Shown here piece by piece: positions 12,881-14,252 of a stretch of DNA of 14,252 nucleotides; the first letter of the stretch is position 1; the number at the start of each line of letters is the position of its first letter. Below the pieces are notes generated by a model. The model was given only the letters and a program-made list of their open reading frames with translations, was not told the origin of the DNA and did no database searches. The position numbers and the translations under genes are program-made. The DNA is from Candidatus Woesearchaeota archaeon (lineage in GTDB: Archaea > Nanobdellota > Nanobdellia > UBA10117), in NCBI GenBank assembly GCA_964619325.1, contig CAZUEL010000018.1, positions 1 to 14,252 of the forward strand, given 5' to 3'.

Positions 12881-14252
12881 GTCGTATCTTTATCCTGATA
12901 TCTTGCGATATATTTTTAATAGCTTCGTCTATTTTTATTAAATTATATTGCAGTCTCTCTTTTGTTACTGGCTTGCCTCGCGTTGAGCTGCCCGGATTAT
13001 TACTTACCAGGTCTTTGAAATTTTTGAGTTCGGTACTAACAATAGAACCTATAAACGTTTCATCGTCGCTAGTTGTGTTACAATTATTTATTTTTTGTAA
13101 AACCACGATGTACTCATCATCTATGTTGCCATTAACAAAATATTTTGAAGTTCTATCTATTTTCCGAAATAAAGTTTTTTTGTGTTCAAAACCAATACGT
13201 TTTGCCATGCTAGCAAAGTATTTGTGGCTTTCTATCATTTCGTAGTCTATGCTAGAATTACCAACGACAATAGCACATACTTTTCCGGTTTTAAGAACAC
13301 GATTCATTTCTATCATGGCTCTGAGCATATCGCCCAAATATTCAGAAAGTAATCTAAACCGGTTTAATAAAAAATGGGAATGACCGCCGATTTCATGCAA
13401 TTTGAATATATTATAATCCATGCCTAACCACAACATATTATACATGTGGACTCTGTAATAATCAAGCGCATTTACATATGGTGGCGAAGTTACAATCAGA
13501 TCCACCGAATTAGAAGAAAGATTAAGTTTTCTGGCGTCACCAGTGGTTACTTTTGTTTGTTTCTTAAATAGTTTTGCATAATCCCGCATTAAATAGGTCA
13601 TAGCATTAATTTTCCTTTCAAATATCCCAGTAATATTGTTTCCGTTTTCTGATTCAATAATCGCTCTAATGGTTGCGGATAACCCAACTAATAAATATTC
13701 AAACAAAGTAGTATCATCGTTTTTAATTATGTCAATTGTTTCTTTTATAATTTGTAGCTCTTTTAGCATACTAGTAGTAAATAATTTACTAATATTCCTG
13801 TTAGGTAATTCTGGCGCAGTAAATTCTTTTGCATCAGAATTTGATATTCTATTTTTAATAGCATCAAAAGTTATTTTTACTTTAAGTAGTTGCGAATCTG
13901 AAAGTGGCATAGTTTTTACACGAGTTAATAGCGTTGCTAATGGATTTAAGTCGTTGCCCACAGAATACCTATTAAGAATAGAACCTTCCACTAATGTTGT
14001 ACCACAACCGCAAAATGGATCAAGGACAGTGTCACCTTCTTTAGTAAATAGTTCTATAAATGTCCTGGGAATTTGTGGTATGAATCTCGCAGGATATGAA
14101 TGAAATTTATGCGTTAGATATTGAGTTTGTGCATCTTTAAAATCCCATGATATTTTTTCTAAAGTATCGAGGGGTTGCATCTTTTGATTTGTGTTTAATA
14201 TGACTAACTCTTGTTCAGATACGAAAATTCCTTCTGTGCTAGTGGCCTCCAT
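12861..14252 (-). CDS. DNA methyltransferase (N4-cytosine or N6-adenine), with SAM motif I preceding catalytic motif IV
   Basis: FHSYPARFIPQIP is followed by VLDPFCGCGTT (motif I, aa 76-86) and GNDLNPLA. The catalytic DLIVTSPPY (aa 251-259) comes about 170 aa later, and the C-terminal half includes VLKTGKVCAIVVG. The ATG sits exactly at the window edge, so the true start may lie further upstream. Confidence 0.85.
   Translation of the reverse strand: MEATSTEGIFVSEQELVILNTNQKMQPLDTLEKISWDFKDAQTQYLTHKFHSYPARFIPQIPRTFIELFTKEGDTVLDPFCGCGTTLVEGSILNRYSVGNDLNPLATLLTRVKTMPLSDSQLLKVKITFDAIKNRISNSDAKEFTAPELPNRNISKLFTTSMLKELQIIKETIDIIKNDDTTLFEYLLVGLSATIRAIIESENGNNITGIFERKINAMTYLMRDYAKLFKKQTKVTTGDARKLNLSSNSVDLIVTSPPYVNALDYYRVHMYNMLWLGMDYNIFKLHEIGGHSHFLLNRFRLLSEYLGDMLRAMIEMNRVLKTGKVCAIVVGNSSIDYEMIESHKYFASMAKRIGFEHKKTLFRKIDRTSKYFVNGNIDDEYIVVLQKINNCNTTSDDETFIGSIVSTELKNFKDLVSNNPGSSTRGKPVTKERLQYNLIKIDEAIKNISQDIRIKIRHGKIYR

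Noticed and set aside
11937-14103. Plus-strand ORFs run opposite the R-M genes (11937-12239, 12348-12779, 12973-13245, 13636-14103).
   Set aside because: These are shadow ORFs typical of AT-rich coding DNA with few stops on the antisense strand. Their F/S/I/L-rich translations have no motifs, whereas the minus-strand frames carry methyltransferase and nuclease motifs.

Overview
The window is a compact archaeal chromosomal segment. The archaeal call rests on CDP-archaeol synthase, a split ADP-forming acetyl-CoA synthetase, and A/T-rich BRE/TATA-like boxes about 25-30 nt upstream of many ATGs, which suggests leaderless mRNAs. SD-like GGAGGT/GGTG motifs appear only before operon-internal genes. 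Three zones can be read by eye. (1) 1-9,946 is a dense housekeeping block: an RPA32-like OB-fold protein, endonuclease IV, RlmE, a SAM methyltransferase, ACD alpha and beta, Nudix, two wHTH regulators, two zinc-ribbon mini-proteins below the ORF-track cutoff, a YdjM-like hydrolase, a SET-domain methyltransferase, a CDP-alcohol phosphatidyltransferase and CarS. (2) 9,947-11,299 is a gene-poor zone. It holds a G-free TAC-rich degenerate repeat, a disrupted gene (two in-frame stops plus one frameshift), a perfect 11-bp hairpin, and a 160-nt GC-rich island that folds best on the minus strand. (3) 11,300-14,252 is a markedly AT-rich accessory island. It carries three translationally coupled small membrane ORFs behind a palindromic operator, convergent with an overlapping methyltransferase/PD-ExK endonuclease (type II R-M) pair. 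The most unusual observation is two separate modules of a ribbon-helix-helix-like protein plus small membrane protein(s), at 4,349-4,908 and 11,273-11,905. Both have GTTACA/GCTACA-type repeat operators abutting the start codon and both sit in accessory contexts. No tRNA, rRNA, CRISPR array, transposase or integrase was seen. All family assignments come from motif reading by eye; no database search was possible.
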